DNA of 64,000 bases from Escherichia coli (GCF_024502345.1 NZ_JALDNN010000001.1), one strand, 5' to 3'; shown: positions 19,093 to 33,280, numbered from the stretch's first letter. The notes: a model not told the origin generated them from the letters alone. Translations and numbers: made by a program.

Positions 19093-20979
19093 TTACTCTT
19101 CCATCGCCTGGCGGATCTGATCCAACGACGCAGGATCATCAATGGTCGTCAGATCCCCAGGATCGCGTCCTTCGCAAATCGCCTGGATCGTGCGGCGCAG
19201 CATTTTTCCGGATCGCGTTTTTGGCAATTGCGAGACAAACCAGACGTGCGCCGGGCGACCAAAGTTGCCAATCTGGCTGTCCACCAGCGCCATAATTGCC
19301 TTCTCTTGCGAATGCGCCACATCACGATCTTCCAGACTGTCGCTCTCTTTCGGAATGACAAACGCCACCGCCACCTGCCCTTTCAGCGCATCTTTCACCC
19401 CAACCACAGCCACTTCGGCAACGCCCGGATGACTGGAGATACTCTCTTCAATCTCGCGCGTCCCCAGCCGATGCCCGGCAACGTTAATCACATCGTCAGT
19501 GCGCCCGAGAATAAAGTGATAACCGTCAGCATCGCGGATGCCCCAGTCAAAGGTGGCGTATACCGGGCGGGAAAACAGCGACCAGTACGTCTTCACAAAG
19601 CGGTCGTCGTCACCCCAGATGGTCTGAATACAGCCCGGCGGCAGCGGCCCTTCCACCACCAGCATCCCTTTCTCATTGACGCCACACGGCTCGCCGGTGA
19701 CTTCATTGAGCAACTGCACGTTGTAGCCATACATCGGCACGCCGGGGCTTCCCAGACGCGTCGGCCTGTCGTCCAGACCGCGAGCAATCGCCATAATCGG
19801 CCAGCCGGATTCGGTCTGCCAGTAGTTGTCGATAACCGGCACATCCAGCGTATTGCTTACCCAACTGGCGGTTGGCTCGTCCAGCGGCTCCCCCGCCAGA
19901 TAGAGTACTTCCAGCGACGAAAGATCGTGTTTGCGAATTTCAGCGGTAGGGAATTTTTTCAGCACGCGAATGGCGGTCGGCGCCGAGAACATCCGGCTAA
20001 CCTGATATTTCTCGACGATTTTCCACCACACGCCGCAGTCCGGCCAGGTCGGTAATCCTTCGTAAACGATAGTCGCCATCCCCGCCAGCAGCGGCGCGTA
20101 GACGATATACGAATGCCCCACCACCCAGCCGATATCCGAAGCACAAAAGAACACACCGCCCGCTTTGCCGCCAAAAATGGTGTCCATCGAGGTCGCCAGC
20201 GCCACCGCATATCCGCCGACGTCACGCTGCACGCCTTTAGGTTTGCCGGTTGTGCCGGAGGTGTAGAGAATGCAGGAGGTTTCGTTGGATTCCAGCCACG
20301 CCACCGGTACCCGCGCGCCGATGTGTTGATGGCGCAACGACGCGAAATCGACATCCCGCCCGCTGACGCGCGCCATTTTCGCCAGCCCGCGATCCACCAG
20401 CAAAACATGGCGCGGCTGGTGCTGCGCCTGACTTATCGCATCGTCGAGCAATTTTTTATAGGGAATGATTTTGCCACCGCGCGCTCCGGCATCAGCCGAG
20501 ACAATCAGCACCGGTTTAGCGTCATCAATTCGCGCCGCCACACTGTGCGAGGCGAATCCCCCAAACACCACCGAGTGAATAGCGCCAATGCGCGCGCAGG
20601 CCAGCAGGGTAATATGCGCTTCGGCAATCATCGGCATATACACCAGCACCCGATCGCCACGCTGCACGCCCAGTGAGCGCAGCATTGACGCCACCGCGTT
20701 CACTTCGTCATGCAGCTGGCGAAAGGTAAAGGTGCGCTCTTCTTCTGTTTCCGAAGAGACGGCAATCAATGCCAGCGCCTCTGGCTGTTTCTCCAGCCAG
20801 CGGTCGATAGCGTTGTGGCACAAGTTGGTTCGGCCTTCACAAAACCAACGGGCAAACGGCGGATTGCTGTGATCGAGCGTTTGCGTAAAGGGCGTCTGCC
20901 AGTCAATACGCCGGGCCTGCTCGGCCCAGAACTGCTCCGGTTCGTTAATCGAACGCTGATAAAATTCGCTAAAAGACAT
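19093..20979 (-). CDS. prpE: propionate--CoA ligase PrpE
   Basis: 628-aa ORF MSFSEFYQRSINEPEQFWAEQARRIDWQTPF...; acyl-CoA synthetase motifs YTSGTTGKPKG. Confidence 0.9.
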   Translation of the reverse strand: MSFSEFYQRSINEPEQFWAEQARRIDWQTPFTQTLDHSNPPFARWFCEGRTNLCHNAIDRWLEKQPEALALIAVSSETEEERTFTFRQLHDEVNAVASMLRSLGVQRGDRVLVYMPMIAEAHITLLACARIGAIHSVVFGGFASHSVAARIDDAKPVLIVSADAGARGGKIIPYKKLLDDAISQAQHQPRHVLLVDRGLAKMARVSGRDVDFASLRHQHIGARVPVAWLESNETSCILYTSGTTGKPKGVQRDVGGYAVALATSMDTIFGGKAGGVFFCASDIGWVVGHSYIVYAPLLAGMATIVYEGLPTWPDCGVWWKIVEKYQVSRMFSAPTAIRVLKKFPTAEIRKHDLSSLEVLYLAGEPLDEPTASWVSNTLDVPVIDNYWQTESGWPIMAIARGLDDRPTRLGSPGVPMYGYNVQLLNEVTGEPCGVNEKGMLVVEGPLPPGCIQTIWGDDDRFVKTYWSLFSRPVYATFDWGIRDADGYHFILGRTDDVINVAGHRLGTREIEESISSHPGVAEVAVVGVKDALKGQVAVAFVIPKESDSLEDRDVAHSQEKAIMALVDSQIGNFGRPAHVWFVSQLPKTRSGKMLRRTIQAICEGRDPGDLTTIDDPASLDQIRQAMEE

Positions 20980-21018
20980 AATGCTCTCCTGTTGAACTTA
21001 CGCCTTACCGCCGTTTAC

Positions 21019-22470
21019 TTAAATGACGTACAGGTCGAGATACTCATTGACCGGCATCTGTTCCAGGCGAGCTCTGTCGAGAGAAACCTCCAGAATGCGC
21101 TGCTGTTGGCGTGTCGGGAACTGGCGCGCGAGATTGATTTTGAATTTATCCACCAGCTTCGGAATGCCATCCTGACGGCGACGAGCATGACCAATGGGGT
21201 ACTCCACCACCACTTCTTCAAAGCGCGTGCCGTCGGTGAACTCAAGGGTTATGGCATTGGCAATAGCGCGTTTTTCCGGGTCGTGGTAGTCAGCGGTAAA
21301 TGACGGATCTTCAAAGCAATTGATCTTCTCGCGCAGGGTGTCGATGCGTTTATCTTGCGCAACGTTGTCTTCGTAATCTGCCGCTGTTAAGCGCCCGAAC
21401 AGCAGCGGGATCGCCACCATGTACTGAATGCAGTGGTCGCGGTCTGCCGGGTTATTGAGCGGCCCCTTTTTGTCGATGATGCGAATACAGGCTTCGTGGG
21501 TGCGGATGGTCACTTTTTCGATATCTGCCGCCGTTTTGCCTGCTGCCTGCATCTGTTCATAGAGCGTCATCGCCGCTTCAACTGCCGTCTGGGAGTGGAA
21601 CTCCGCCGGGAAGGAGATTTTGAACAGCACATTTTCCATAACGTAGGAACCGTACGGACGCTGGAAGCGGAACGACTCACCTTTAAAGGAGACGTCGTAG
21701 AAGCCCCACACAGGCGCAGTCAGGGCTGACGGGTAACCCATTTCGCCCGTTTTCGCCATCAGTGCCAGACGTACCGCGCGAGAAGTGGCATCGCCCGCCG
21801 CCCAGGATTTACGCGTACCGGTGTTCGGCGCATGGCGATAGGTGCGCAGCGACTGACCGTCCACCCACGCCAACGAAACGGCGTTGAGAATTTCCTCGCG
21901 GGTCAGACCGAGCATTTCGGCGACCACGGCGGTGGAAGCCACTTTCACTAACAGAACGTGGTCGAGGCCGACGCGGTTAAAGGAGTTTTCCAGCGCGATG
22001 CAGCCCTGAATTTCATGGGCTTTGATCATTCCGGTCAGCACTTGTTTCATGGTCAACGGCGCTTTGCCGCTGGCGACCGCATTGCGTGAAAGCCAGTCCG
22101 CCGTTGCCAGAATGCCGCCGAGGTTGTCGGAAGGATGGCCCCACTCTGCCGCAAGCCAGGTATCGTTGAAATCGAGCCAGCGGATCATCGCGCCGATGTT
22201 AAATGCCGCCTGGACGGGGTCGAGCTGGAACTGAGTTCCGGGGACGCGCACGCCGTTAGGTACGACGGTGCCGGGGACAATTGGCCCCAGCAGTTTTTTA
22301 CAGGCTGGGTATTCGAGAGCTTCAAGACCGCAGCCGAGCGTGTCGAGCAGGCAGAAATGTGCGGTGTCGTAGGCCACTTTAGAGCTGATTTCGTAGTTCA
22401 TCACGTAATCGACGATATCAACGATTTCACGATCAAATTCCGGGCGGATGTTGTTGATTTGAGCTGACAT
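21019..22470 (-). CDS. prpD: 2-methylcitrate dehydratase PrpD
   Basis: 483-aa [51 protein letters not shown]... Confidence 0.9.
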   Translation of the reverse strand: MSAQINNIRPEFDREIVDIVDYVMNYEISSKVAYDTAHFCLLDTLGCGLEALEYPACKKLLGPIVPGTVVPNGVRVPGTQFQLDPVQAAFNIGAMIRWLDFNDTWLAAEWGHPSDNLGGILATADWLSRNAVASGKAPLTMKQVLTGMIKAHEIQGCIALENSFNRVGLDHVLLVKVASTAVVAEMLGLTREEILNAVSLAWVDGQSLRTYRHAPNTGTRKSWAAGDATSRAVRLALMAKTGEMGYPSALTAPVWGFYDVSFKGESFRFQRPYGSYVMENVLFKISFPAEFHSQTAVEAAMTLYEQMQAAGKTAADIEKVTIRTHEACIRIIDKKGPLNNPADRDHCIQYMVAIPLLFGRLTAADYEDNVAQDKRIDTLREKINCFEDPSFTADYHDPEKRAIANAITLEFTDGTRFEEVVVEYPIGHARRRQDGIPKLVDKFKINLARQFPTRQQQRILEVSLDRARLEQMPVNEYLDLYVI

Positions 22471-22503
22471 TGGGTACGTTTCCTTATTGTTATTCGTAGA
22501 GGT

Positions 22504-23673
22504 TTACTGGCGCTTATCCAGCGCGACAAACTGGCGGTCTTCCGGTCCAACATAATTGGCGGAAGGACGGATAATTTTGTTGTCCTGACGTTGTTCGATA
22601 ATGTGCGCCGCCCATCCGGTGACGCGGGCGATAACAAACAGTGGTGTGAACATCTCGGTGGGAACGCCCATCATGTTGTAGGAAACAGCGGAGAACCAGT
22701 CGAGATTGGGGAACATCTTTTTGCTCTCCCACATCACCGTTTCCAGACGATCGGCGATGTTGTACATCTTCAGCGAGCCGCCTTCCTGCGAGAGCTGCTT
22801 CGCCACACGTTTAATCACCTGGTGGCGCGGGTCGGCGATGGTATAAACCGGATGCCCAAAACCAATGACCACTTCTTTGTTTTCCACGCGCTTGCGGATA
22901 TCTGCTTCGGCTTCGTCTGGCGTTTCGTAGCGTTGCTGGATCTCCAGCGACACTTCATTCGCCCCGCCGTGTTTCGGCCCGCGCAGTGCGCCAATCGCGC
23001 CAATAATCGCGGAATACATATCAGAGCCAGTACCCGCAATCACCCGGCTGGTAAAGGTGGAGGCGTTAAACTCGTGTTCGGCGTACAGCACCAGCGAAAT
23101 ATGCATCGCCTTTTCCCAGCTTTGCGACGGCTTTTCGCCGTGCAGCAGATGCAGGAAGTGACCGCCGATGGAGTCGTCATCGGTTTCCGGCTGGATGCGT
23201 TCGCCGTTGTGGCTGTAGTGATACCAGTAGAGAAGAATCGAGCTAAGTGACGCCAGCAATTTGTCGGCAATATCCCGCGCGCCAGAGACGGTATGCCCCT
23301 CTTTTTCTGGCAGCGTGCAGCCGAGCGCGGAAACGCCGGTGCGCATAACATCCATCGGGTGTGACGCCGCCGGTAAGGCTTCCAGCACGGTACGCACGTT
23401 AGCCGGTAAACCGCGCAGGGCTTTCAGTTTCGTTTTGTAAGCGGCGAGTTCGTCACGGGTCGGCAGTTTGCCGTGGATCAGCAGATGCGCCACTTCTTCA
23501 AATTCGCAATGTTCCGCCAGATCAAGAATATCGTAACCACGGTAATGCAAGTCATTGCCACTTTTACCCACGGTGCAGAGCGCCGTATTGCCCGCCGGAA
23601 CGCCAGAAAGTGCTACCGATTTTTTCGGTTTAATGACATGGGTACTGTTTTGCAGGATCGTTGTGTCGCTCAT
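22504..23673 (-). CDS. prpC: 2-methylcitrate synthase PrpC
   Basis: ORF 22504..23802; start placed at [24 protein letters not shown] (389 aa). Confidence 0.9.
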   Translation of the reverse strand: MSDTTILQNSTHVIKPKKSVALSGVPAGNTALCTVGKSGNDLHYRGYDILDLAEHCEFEEVAHLLIHGKLPTRDELAAYKTKLKALRGLPANVRTVLEALPAASHPMDVMRTGVSALGCTLPEKEGHTVSGARDIADKLLASLSSILLYWYHYSHNGERIQPETDDDSIGGHFLHLLHGEKPSQSWEKAMHISLVLYAEHEFNASTFTSRVIAGTGSDMYSAIIGAIGALRGPKHGGANEVSLEIQQRYETPDEAEADIRKRVENKEVVIGFGHPVYTIADPRHQVIKRVAKQLSQEGGSLKMYNIADRLETVMWESKKMFPNLDWFSAVSYNMMGVPTEMFTPLFVIARVTGWAAHIIEQRQDNKIIRPSANYVGPEDRQFVALDKRQ

Positions 23674-23715
23674 ATTGTCCTCGTCATTGTTATCATTTGT
23701 AGGGTCGAGATTGTT

Positions 23716-23803
23716 GTCGGATGCGACGCCATGCGTCTTATCCGACCTACAGTTCAGTACACCCGTAGGCCTGATAAGTCGCGTCAGCGGCGCATCAGGC
23801 ATC
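23716..23803. repeat. REP element pair between prpB and prpC
   Basis: gtcggatgcgacgccatgcgtcttatccgacctac ... gtaggcctgataagtcgcgtcagcggcgcatcaggcatc. Confidence 0.6.
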
Positions 23804-23832
23804 GGTTGTCGAATACAACCAACGGGCGTTTT

Positions 23833-24723
23833 TTATTTCACCTGGCTACGGGCAAACAGGTCGTCGAGCTTCTCTTCGTACTGGTAGTAGTTGATGCTTT
23901 CGTACAGCTCGTTGCGGGTTTGCATAGTGTCGATGACACTTTTCTGCGTGCCTTCCTGACGCAGGACGTTGTAGACATGTTCAGCGGCGCGGTTCATGGC
24001 GCGGAACGCTGAAAGCGGGTACAGCGCCATTGCGACATGGGCGCTGCGTAATTCGTCGGTGGTAAACAGCGGCGTGGCACCAAATTCGGTAATGTTGGCG
24101 AGGATTGGCACCTGCACCGCATCGGCAAACTGGCGGTACATGGCGAGTTCGGTAATCGCCTCCGGGAACAACATCTCGGCACCCGCTTCAACATAGGCCT
24201 GCGCACGCTCGATCGCCGCATCCAGCCCCTCTACCGCCAGCGCATCGGTGCGCGCCATGATCACAAAATCAGGATCGGTTTTCGCATCCACCGCTGCACG
24301 GATCCGATCCACCATCTCCTCTTTCGAGACGATCGCTTTGTTCGGGCGATGACCGCAACGTTTCGCGCCAACCTGATCTTCAATATGCAATCCTGCCGCA
24401 CCGGCTTTAATCATCGATTTCACAGTGCGCGCCACGTTAAAAGCCGAAGATCCAAAACCGATATCCGCATCCACCAGCAGCGGCAGCGAGCAGACGTCGG
24501 TGATACGGCGAATGTCAGTCAGCACATCATCAAGAGTAGAAATACCGAGATCGGGCAGCCCCAGCGAACCTGCCGCCACACCACCGCCGGAGAGATAAAT
24601 CGCCTGATATCCGGCACGCTGCGCCAGCAGCGCATGGTTAGCGTTGATGGTGCCGACAATCTGCAATGGATTTTCTTTAGTGAGTGCAGCGCGAAACGCT
24701 TTACCTGGAGAGTGTAGAGACAT
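23833..24723 (-). CDS. prpB: 2-methylisocitrate lyase PrpB
   Basis: 296-aa [55 protein letters not shown]... Confidence 0.9.
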   Translation of the reverse strand: MSLHSPGKAFRAALTKENPLQIVGTINANHALLAQRAGYQAIYLSGGGVAAGSLGLPDLGISTLDDVLTDIRRITDVCSLPLLVDADIGFGSSAFNVARTVKSMIKAGAAGLHIEDQVGAKRCGHRPNKAIVSKEEMVDRIRAAVDAKTDPDFVIMARTDALAVEGLDAAIERAQAYVEAGAEMLFPEAITELAMYRQFADAVQVPILANITEFGATPLFTTDELRSAHVAMALYPLSAFRAMNRAAEHVYNVLRQEGTQKSVIDTMQTRNELYESINYYQYEEKLDDLFARSQVK

Positions 24724-24770
24724 AGCCCATCCTTTGTTATCAACTTGTTATTTACGTTGATAAAGACAAA

Positions 24771-24786
24771 GCAAGGGGTGTGCCAC
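24771..24786 (-). promoter_or_regulatory. sigma-54 (-24/-12) promoter of prpBCDE
   Basis: Minus-strand TGGCACaccccTTGC (reverse complement of gcaaggggtgtgcca) ~50 nt upstream of prpB ATG. Confidence 0.6.
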
Positions 24787-24961
24787 AATTGCCTGAATAA
24801 AATTAAATGCTTAATTTCAATTTGTTAGAGATAAACCCATGAATTAATCCGCAAATATGCGTTTCAGTTAACGTTTCAGGCAATGTTTCACTGCGTTTCA
24901 TTGCAACAATTATGAAACAAGACTAAACCCACTATTCGGTTTCTTAACTTTGCGGTGCGCT

Positions 24962-25095
24962 ATGGCACATCCACCACGGCTGAATGACGACAAACCGGTT
25001 ATCTGGACGGTATCTGTAACGCGGCTGTTCGAGCTGTTTCGCGATATCAGTCTCGAGTTTGATCACCTGGCGAACATTACCCCTATCCAGCTTGG
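24962..25095 (+). pseudogene. prpR: prpR fragment (sigma-54 activator of prpBCDE), first ~45 codons only, cut by IS1
   Basis: [45 protein letters not shown] then IS1 left inverted repeat begins at 25096. Confidence 0.8.
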
Positions 25096-25151
25096 CGGTG
25101 ATGCTGCCAACTTACTGATTTAGTGTATGATGGTGTTTTTGAGGTGCTCCA

Positions 25152-25427
25152 GTGGCTTCTGTTTCTATCAGCTGTCCCTCCTGTTCAGCTACTGACGGGG
25201 TGGTGCGTAACGGCAAAAGCACCGCCGGACATCAGCGCTATCTCTGCTCTCACTGCCGTAAAACATGGCAACTGCAGTTCACTTACACCGCTTCTCAACC
25301 CGGTACGCACCAGAAAATCATTGATATGGCCATGAATGGCGTTGGATGCCGGGCAACCGCCCGCATTATGGGCGTTGGCCTCAACACGATTTTCCGCCAT
25401 TTAAAAAACTCAGGCCGCAGTCGGTAA
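25152..25427 (+). CDS. insA: IS1 InsA
   Basis: 91-aa [94 protein letters not shown]. Confidence 0.9.
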   Translation: MASVSISCPSCSATDGVVRNGKSTAGHQRYLCSHCRKTWQLQFTYTASQPGTHQKIIDMAMNGVGCRATARIMGVGLNTIFRHLKNSGRSR

Positions 25428-25849
25428 CCTCGCGCATACAGCCGGGCAGTGACGTCATCGTCTGCGCGGAAATGGACGAACAGTGGGGATACGTCGGGGC
25501 TAAATCGCGCCAGCGCTGGCTGTTTTACGCGTATGACAGGCTCCGGAAGACGGTTGTTGCGCACGTATTCGGTGAACGCACTATGGCGACGCTGGGGCGT
25601 CTTATGAGCCTGCTGTCACCCTTTGACGTGGTGATATGGATGACGGATGGCTGGCCGCTGTATGAATCCCGCCTGAAGGGAAAGCTGCACGTAATCAGCA
25701 AGCGATATACGCAGCGAATTGAGCGGCATAACCTGAATCTGAGGCAGCACCTGGCACGGCTGGGACGGAAGTCGCTGTCGTTCTCAAAATCGGTGGAGCT
25801 GCATGACAAAGTCATCGGGCATTATCTGAACATAAAACACTATCAATAA
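25346..25849 (+). CDS. insB: IS1 InsB reading frame (expressed as InsAB' by -1 frameshift)
   Basis: ORF ...[130 protein letters not shown]. Confidence 0.85.
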   Translation: MPGNRPHYGRWPQHDFPPFKKLRPQSVTSRIQPGSDVIVCAEMDEQWGYVGAKSRQRWLFYAYDRLRKTVVAHVFGERTMATLGRLMSLLSPFDVVIWMTDGWPLYESRLKGKLHVISKRYTQRIERHNLNLRQHLARLGRKSLSFSKSVELHDKVIGHYLNIKHYQ

Positions 25850-25864
25850 GTTGGAGTCATTACC

Positions 25865-26518
25865 CGCTTTGTCGATCAGATCTCCGGCGGGCAGCAGCAG
25901 CGCGTGGCGCTGGCCCGCGCGCTGATCCTCAAGCCGAAAGTGCTGCTGTTTGATGAGCCGTTGAGTAACCTCGACGCCAACCTGCGTCGCAGCATGCGCG
26001 ACAAGATCCGCGAGTTGCAAAAGCAGTTTGATATCACCTCGCTGTACGTCACCCACGATCAGAGCGAAGCCTTTGCGGTTTCTGATACTGTGCTGGTGAT
26101 GAACAAGGGACACATCATGCAGATCGGCTCACCGCAGGATCTTTACCGCCAGCCCGCCTCCCGCTTTATGGCGAGCTTTATGGGCGATGCCAACCTGTTC
26201 CCGGCAACCTTCAGCGACGGATACGTTGATATCTACGGCTATCATCTGCCGCGCCCGCTGCACTTTGGTACACAGGGTGAAGGGATGGTCGGTGTGCGCC
26301 CGGAAGCGATCACGCTCAGCGATCGCGGCGAAGAGAGCCAGCGCTGCGTGATCCGCCATGTCGCCTATATGGGGCCGCAGTATGAAGTGACGGTGGAATG
26401 GCACGGGCAGGAGATATTATTGCAGGTCAACGCTACGCGTCTGCAACCGGACGTCGGCGAGCAGTATTATCTTGAAATCCATCCGTACGGCATGTTTGTT
26501 CTGGCGGATGCGGCATAA
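25865..26518 (+). pseudogene. afuC: ABC transporter ATP-binding protein fragment (afuC/fbpC-like), N-terminus with Walker A missing
   Basis: Reading frame opens directly at IS1 right end: RFVDQISGGQQQRVALARALILKPKVLLFDEPLSNLD (ABC signature + Walker B) but no upstream Walker A. Confidence 0.7.
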
Positions 26519-26532
26519 CGTTTTGTGGTTTT

Positions 26533-26599
26533 GTAGGCCGGATAAGGCGCTTGTGCCGCCATCCGGCAATGCCTGATGCGCTGCGCTTATCAGGCCTAC
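26533..26599. repeat. REP element pair between afuC fragment and mmuM
   Basis: gtaggccggataaggcgcttgtgccgccatccggcaat gcctgatgcgctgcgcttatcaggcctac. Confidence 0.6.
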
Positions 26600-26626
26600 A
26601 ATGAACGATGTAGACCCGATAAACCC

Positions 26627-27559
26627 TCAGCTTCGCGCTTTTAACGCGGCGATATCCGCAGGCGTGGTGCGACAGCACCCGCCAATCAACCGTGCGCCAG
26701 CGGCCTGCCACTGCGGCAGATAATCCGCCAGCTGCGCGCAATGTTCACCGTGATGATGCCAGGTTTTGCTCACGGCATCGTAATGCTCGCCCGAGTTCGG
26801 ATACACCACCAGCGGCAGCACCGTTAAACCGTGTAAATGCTGCAACGCAGCGGTGGTGTTTTCCAGCGCAATACAGTTAATGCCTAGCGCCACCACCTGC
26901 GGATAACCCGCCAGCAACGCAACCACGTCACGCAGCGGCGTACCGTCGCTCAGGTGTTCGCTGTCGCGCAGGGTAAATGAGAACCACGCCCGCGCACGCG
27001 GATATGCGGTCAACAGCTCGGCCAACGCCTCAATCTCGGAAAAATTCGGCAGGGTTTCGCAGGCCAGCAGATCGGCCCCGGCATCCAGCAAGGCTTCCAC
27101 GCGCGGGCGATGAAACGCCTGAAATGCCTCAACGCTACAATGATAATCGCCACGGTATTCAGAGCCATCCGCCAGATACGCGCCGTAAGGCCCGACGGAT
27201 CCCGCCACCAGAAGCGTTCCCGCCTGCGGGTTCTCTGCCAGATACGCTTCACGGGCTTTACGCGCCAGCTCCACGCTTTTGCCAATCAGCGCTTTCGACT
27301 GCGCTTCATCCAGACCTCGCGCGGCGAAGCCCGCCGGCGTCGCCTGATAGCTGGCAGTGATCGCGCATTGCGCCCCCGCCCGGTAGTAATCAAGATGCAC
27401 TTCGCGGATAAGCTCCGGGTTTTCTACCAGCACTTTGGCTGACCACAGGCTGTCGGCTAAGTTACACCCTCGCGCTTCCAGCTCCGTCGCCATCGCGCCA
27501 TCCAGCAGCAGGATATCCTGTTTATCAAGAAGAGCGCGTAACGGATTATTCTGCGACAT
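26627..27559 (-). CDS. mmuM: homocysteine S-methyltransferase MmuM
   Basis: ORF 26627..27703; start placed at [34 protein letters not shown] (310 aa); C-terminal GGCCRTTP zinc site. Confidence 0.9.
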   Translation of the reverse strand: MSQNNPLRALLDKQDILLLDGAMATELEARGCNLADSLWSAKVLVENPELIREVHLDYYRAGAQCAITASYQATPAGFAARGLDEAQSKALIGKSVELARKAREAYLAENPQAGTLLVAGSVGPYGAYLADGSEYRGDYHCSVEAFQAFHRPRVEALLDAGADLLACETLPNFSEIEALAELLTAYPRARAWFSFTLRDSEHLSDGTPLRDVVALLAGYPQVVALGINCIALENTTAALQHLHGLTVLPLVVYPNSGEHYDAVSKTWHHHGEHCAQLADYLPQWQAAGARLIGGCCRTTPADIAALKARS

Positions 27560-28949
27560 GTTCTGGCTCCTGTTTTGCGTTTCGGGGTTGAGTAAGGAAA
27601 TAAGCACCATAGCACAACGCAACAAACGGTAACCCGCACCACAACGCAATTCTCTGCGCTGGATCGAATGCCAGCCCAACACAGGCCACCAGGCACAGCA
27701 CAAAACCTAATACTGGCACCAGCGGATACCACGGCGCGCGATAATGTAATTCACTCAATGCCTTACCTTGTTGCAGATGACGGCGACGAAAAACAAAATG
27801 CGAGGCGCAGATACTCAGCCACACCGCTACCACCGCAAACCCGGAGATTGCCGACAGCGCAACAAATACCGTGTCCGGGGCCACCACGCTGGAAAACAGC
27901 GCCAGCACACCACCGAGCATACTGACCGACAGCGCCGTCAGTGGCACGCCGTTTTTCGTTACTCGCGCAAAACAGGCCGGTAGCGTACGTTCATTCGACA
28001 ACGACCACAGCATGCGCCCGGAGGCATATAACCCGGAGTTCGCTGCAGAAAGAATAGCCGTCAGGATCACGAAGTTAAAAATATCAGCGGCGTACGGGAT
28101 CCCTACTTTCTCAAATACCAGCACAAACGGGCTTTTCTCCACGCCCGCCTGCTGCATCGGGATCAGCGCTGCCAGCACAAACACGGTGCCGATAAAGAAA
28201 ATAATCAGTCGCGCGATGGTAGTACGAATCGCTACCGGGATAACTTTGCGCGGGTTTTCCGTTTCACCGGCGGCAATGCCGATAAGCTCGGTACCCGAAA
28301 AAGCAAAGTTCACTGCCACCATAGTCATCAAAATCGGTAAGCCACCGTGCGGGAACCAGCCTTCTGCCGTGATATTACTCAGCCCCGGCGCGGGCGAGCC
28401 ATCCTGCATCGGAATAAAGCCGAAAATCGCCGCCCCACCGAGGATGATAAAGGCGATGATAGTGACCACTTTGACCAGCGAGAACCAGAACTCCCCTTCG
28501 GCAAAAAAGCGCGTGGAGATAACATTCAGACCAAAAATAATCGCGCAGAACACCACGCACCAGACCCATACCGGCACCTGTGGAAACCAGTACTGCATAC
28601 AGAATCCAGCGGCGGTAAAGCTCGAACCCAGCGCCACGGTCCAGGTCAGCCAGTAAAGCCAGGCCACGGTATACCCGGTAGCCGGACCAAGATAGCGCGC
28701 GGCATAAACGTGAAACGCTCCGGTCTCCGGCATCGCGACCGACAGCTCGCCCAGACACTGCATAACCAGCCAGACCACCAGCGCACCAATCAGATAGGCC
28801 AGCAGCGTTCCCGCCGCTCCAGTGGTGGAAATGATGTACCCGGTATTGAAGAATAATCCTGTGCCAATCACGCCGCCCAAGGAAAGCATAATCAGGTGAC
28901 GCGTTTTCATTGTGCGCTTCAGTGGCGCATTTTGTTGTGTTGTTTGCAT
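27546..28949 (-). CDS. mmuP: S-methylmethionine permease MmuP (APC family)
   Basis: ORF 27546..28973; start placed at [37 protein letters not shown]. Confidence 0.9.
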   Translation of the reverse strand: MQTTQQNAPLKRTMKTRHLIMLSLGGVIGTGLFFNTGYIISTTGAAGTLLAYLIGALVVWLVMQCLGELSVAMPETGAFHVYAARYLGPATGYTVAWLYWLTWTVALGSSFTAAGFCMQYWFPQVPVWVWCVVFCAIIFGLNVISTRFFAEGEFWFSLVKVVTIIAFIILGGAAIFGFIPMQDGSPAPGLSNITAEGWFPHGGLPILMTMVAVNFAFSGTELIGIAAGETENPRKVIPVAIRTTIARLIIFFIGTVFVLAALIPMQQAGVEKSPFVLVFEKVGIPYAADIFNFVILTAILSAANSGLYASGRMLWSLSNERTLPACFARVTKNGVPLTALSVSMLGGVLALFSSVVAPDTVFVALSAISGFAVVAVWLSICASHFVFRRRHLQQGKALSELHYRAPWYPLVPVLGFVLCLVACVGLAFDPAQRIALWCGLPFVALCYGAYFLTQPRNAKQEPEHVAE

Positions 28950-29223
28950 ATAACCTTCTAAACGCATGGACATCTAAACATCCAAAGAAGGTTTGTTATA
29001 CCGCGTTTGTTAACAGAATGCAAAGTCAACCCTGCACCAGACGCAGATGCCCGCGCCGGGCGCTTAATAGCGGGTGGGGATTAATAATCAGATACAAAAA
29101 GGGCCGCCAGCTCATAACGCCTCCGTTGCCATGTTTTATCTAAACTTTGGCACCACAGTTGACTGACGGCGTTAACCCGGAAGTGGGAATCAAATCTCCC
29201 CACTCCCACAACCGGATGAATGC

Positions 29224-30435
29224 TTAAGCACCGCTGGCCGGGATCGGCATCTGTGATTTGCGGCTCATCAGAATAAATACCGCCAGGCCTGCCAGCAAAA
29301 TGCCCGGCGCAGAAGCCGCCATCACCCCTACCCTTCCGGTACCGAGCGCTAACATTTTCCCTGCCAGCAGCGGACCGCTCATCGCCCCCAGACGCCCGAC
29401 TGCGACGGCGGTTCCCACGCCTGTGGCGCGGATCTGCGTGCTGTAAAACAGCGGCGCCAGCGCATACAACACACTTTGCCCGCCGGTGGCGAACATCCCC
29501 GCCACAAATCCCGCCATTAGCATGCCGCTCAATGACGACACCGTACCCAGCGCCAGCAGTGAAGCCAACATCCCGGTGTAGATCAGCAGCGACATCACCA
29601 CCGGGCGCAGTTTATCCATTAACGCCCCGAGAATTAACGTGCCGCTGGCCGCGCCAATTTGCAGAGCAAACATTACGCCTGCCGCCTGCGATGGCCGAAA
29701 GCCCTGCTCCACCAGCAGCATCGGCAGCCAGTTGATCAGCATATACACCACCAGCAGGGTGAAGAAATAGCACAACCACAGCAGCAGCGTGGCACTCGCC
29801 GTCGCTGGCGCAAACAGGGCGCGCAACGGTGCGGCGGCCACCTGCGTTTGTTGGGTATAAACCTGAGATTCCGGCAGCCAGCGCATCAACAGCGGCACCA
29901 GCAGCAGCGGGATCACCCCGCCTACCCAGAACACCGTTTGCCAGGCGGAGGCCAGGCCGCTAAACCCGAGCGCTGCCGCCAGCGCCGCGCCAATCGGCAC
30001 ACCGCAGTACATCAGGCTCACCGCCGTACCGCGAAAACGCGGGCCCGCCGCCTCGGAAGTCAGCGCGATCAGATTCGGCAACGCCGCGCCCAGCCCGACG
30101 CCGGTCATCAGACGGGCAAACACCAGCGATGAGAAATCCCAGGAAATCGCCGTCGCCAGCGAGAACAGGCCGAACAGCGCCACAGAGGCAATGAGAATAC
30201 GCTTGCGGCCATAGCGGTCGGCCAGCATGCCGCCCACCAGCGCGCCGGGCAGCAGCCCGAGAATGCCCGCACTGAAGATCCAGCCCATCTGCATTTTATC
30301 CAGCGCAAACGCGTGGGCGATACCGACGGCAGCGATACCGGCGGCCTGTAAATCCAGCCCTTCCATCAGGGCAACTAAAAAGCAAAGCCCAACGGTCAAC
30401 GTCAGGCGGTAAGATGCGGAGGTACGGGTCGTCAT
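29224..30435 (-). CDS. mhpT: MFS transporter, MhpT-like (3-hydroxyphenylpropionate transporter), copy-2 cluster
   Basis: ORF 29224..30501; start placed at MTTRTSASYRLTLTVGLCFLVALMEGLDLQAAGIAA; matches MhpT as recalled with divergence. Confidence 0.8.
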   Translation of the reverse strand: MTTRTSASYRLTLTVGLCFLVALMEGLDLQAAGIAAVGIAHAFALDKMQMGWIFSAGILGLLPGALVGGMLADRYGRKRILIASVALFGLFSLATAISWDFSSLVFARLMTGVGLGAALPNLIALTSEAAGPRFRGTAVSLMYCGVPIGAALAAALGFSGLASAWQTVFWVGGVIPLLLVPLLMRWLPESQVYTQQTQVAAAPLRALFAPATASATLLLWLCYFFTLLVVYMLINWLPMLLVEQGFRPSQAAGVMFALQIGAASGTLILGALMDKLRPVVMSLLIYTGMLASLLALGTVSSLSGMLMAGFVAGMFATGGQSVLYALAPLFYSTQIRATGVGTAVAVGRLGAMSGPLLAGKMLALGTGRVGVMAASAPGILLAGLAVFILMSRKSQMPIPASGA

Positions 30436-30504
30436 AAGATGTCCCTCTGAGGTCACGATGCAGGTGAATCGCGGCTGATACGTTGCCAGCCGCGTAATCA
30501 TTTT

Positions 30505-31514
30505 TTATTTGCGGTTGCGCAGGTCCAGCGCTACGTCGACGATCATATCTTCCTGGCCGCCCACCATCCGACGTTTGCCCAGTTCCACCAGAATATCTAC
30601 TGCGCTCAGGCCATAACGTGCTGCCGCCACTTCGCAATGACGCAGAAAACTGGAGTACACCCCGGCATAGCCCAGCGCCAGCGTTTCACGATCCACCCGC
30701 ACCGGGCGGTCTTGTAGTGGACGCACTAAATCGTCGGCGGCGTCCATCAGTGCGTAGAGATCGGTTCCGTGCTGCCAACCAAGCTTATCCGCAGCGGCGA
30801 TAAATACCTCCAATGGTGCGTTGCCCGCGCCTGCGCCCATCCCTGCCAGGCTGGCGTCGACACGGTCACACCCCTCTTCTACTGCGGCAATCGAGTTCGC
30901 CACCCCAAGACTCAGGTTGTGATGCGCATGCATTCCGGTTTCTGTTTCAGGCTTCAGCACCGCTTTCAGTGCGCGGAAGCGGGCGCGAATATCGCTCATG
31001 TTCATTGCGCCGCCGGAATCGACCACATAAATACAGGTCGCGCCGTAGTTTTCCATCAGCTTCGCCTGCTGTGCCAGGTTCTCCGGTGTGGTCATATGGC
31101 TCATCATCAGAAAACCGACGGTATCCATGCCAAGCTCACGCGCATACTGAATATGCTGGGCCGACACATCCGCTTCAGTGCAGTGGGTCGCCACGCGCAC
31201 TACCCGTGCGCCGGCCTGATATGCATTTTTCAGGTCATGAATAGTGCCGATACCCGGCAGCAACAGCGTGGCAATTTTGGCATGCTTCACCACGTCCGCC
31301 GCCGCTTCAATCCACTCCAGGTCGCTGTGTGCACCAAAGCCGTAGTTGAAGCTGGAACCTTGTAAACCGTCGCCGTGGGCCACTTCAATAGAATCAACCC
31401 GTGCGTCGTCCAGCGCTTTGGCTATCTGGCGCACATTCTCCAGCGAATATTGATGACGAATAGCGTGCATACCGTCGCGCAGGGTCACGTCAGAGATATA
31501 GAGTTTTTTACCGT

Positions 31515-31518
<4 letters not shown>
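30505..31518 (-). CDS. mhpE: 4-hydroxy-2-oxovalerate aldolase MhpE, copy 2
   Basis: 337-aa [55 protein letters not shown]... Confidence 0.85.

Positions 31519-33280
<1,762 letters not shown>

Larger units (their letters stand above)
25096..25864 (+). mobile_element. IS1 insertion sequence (complete, ~768 bp)
   Basis: Left end ggtgatgctgccaacttactgat, right end atcaataagttggagtcattacc; internal insA/insB; no 8-9 bp direct repeat at flanks (cagcttggc vs cgctttgtc). Confidence 0.9.
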
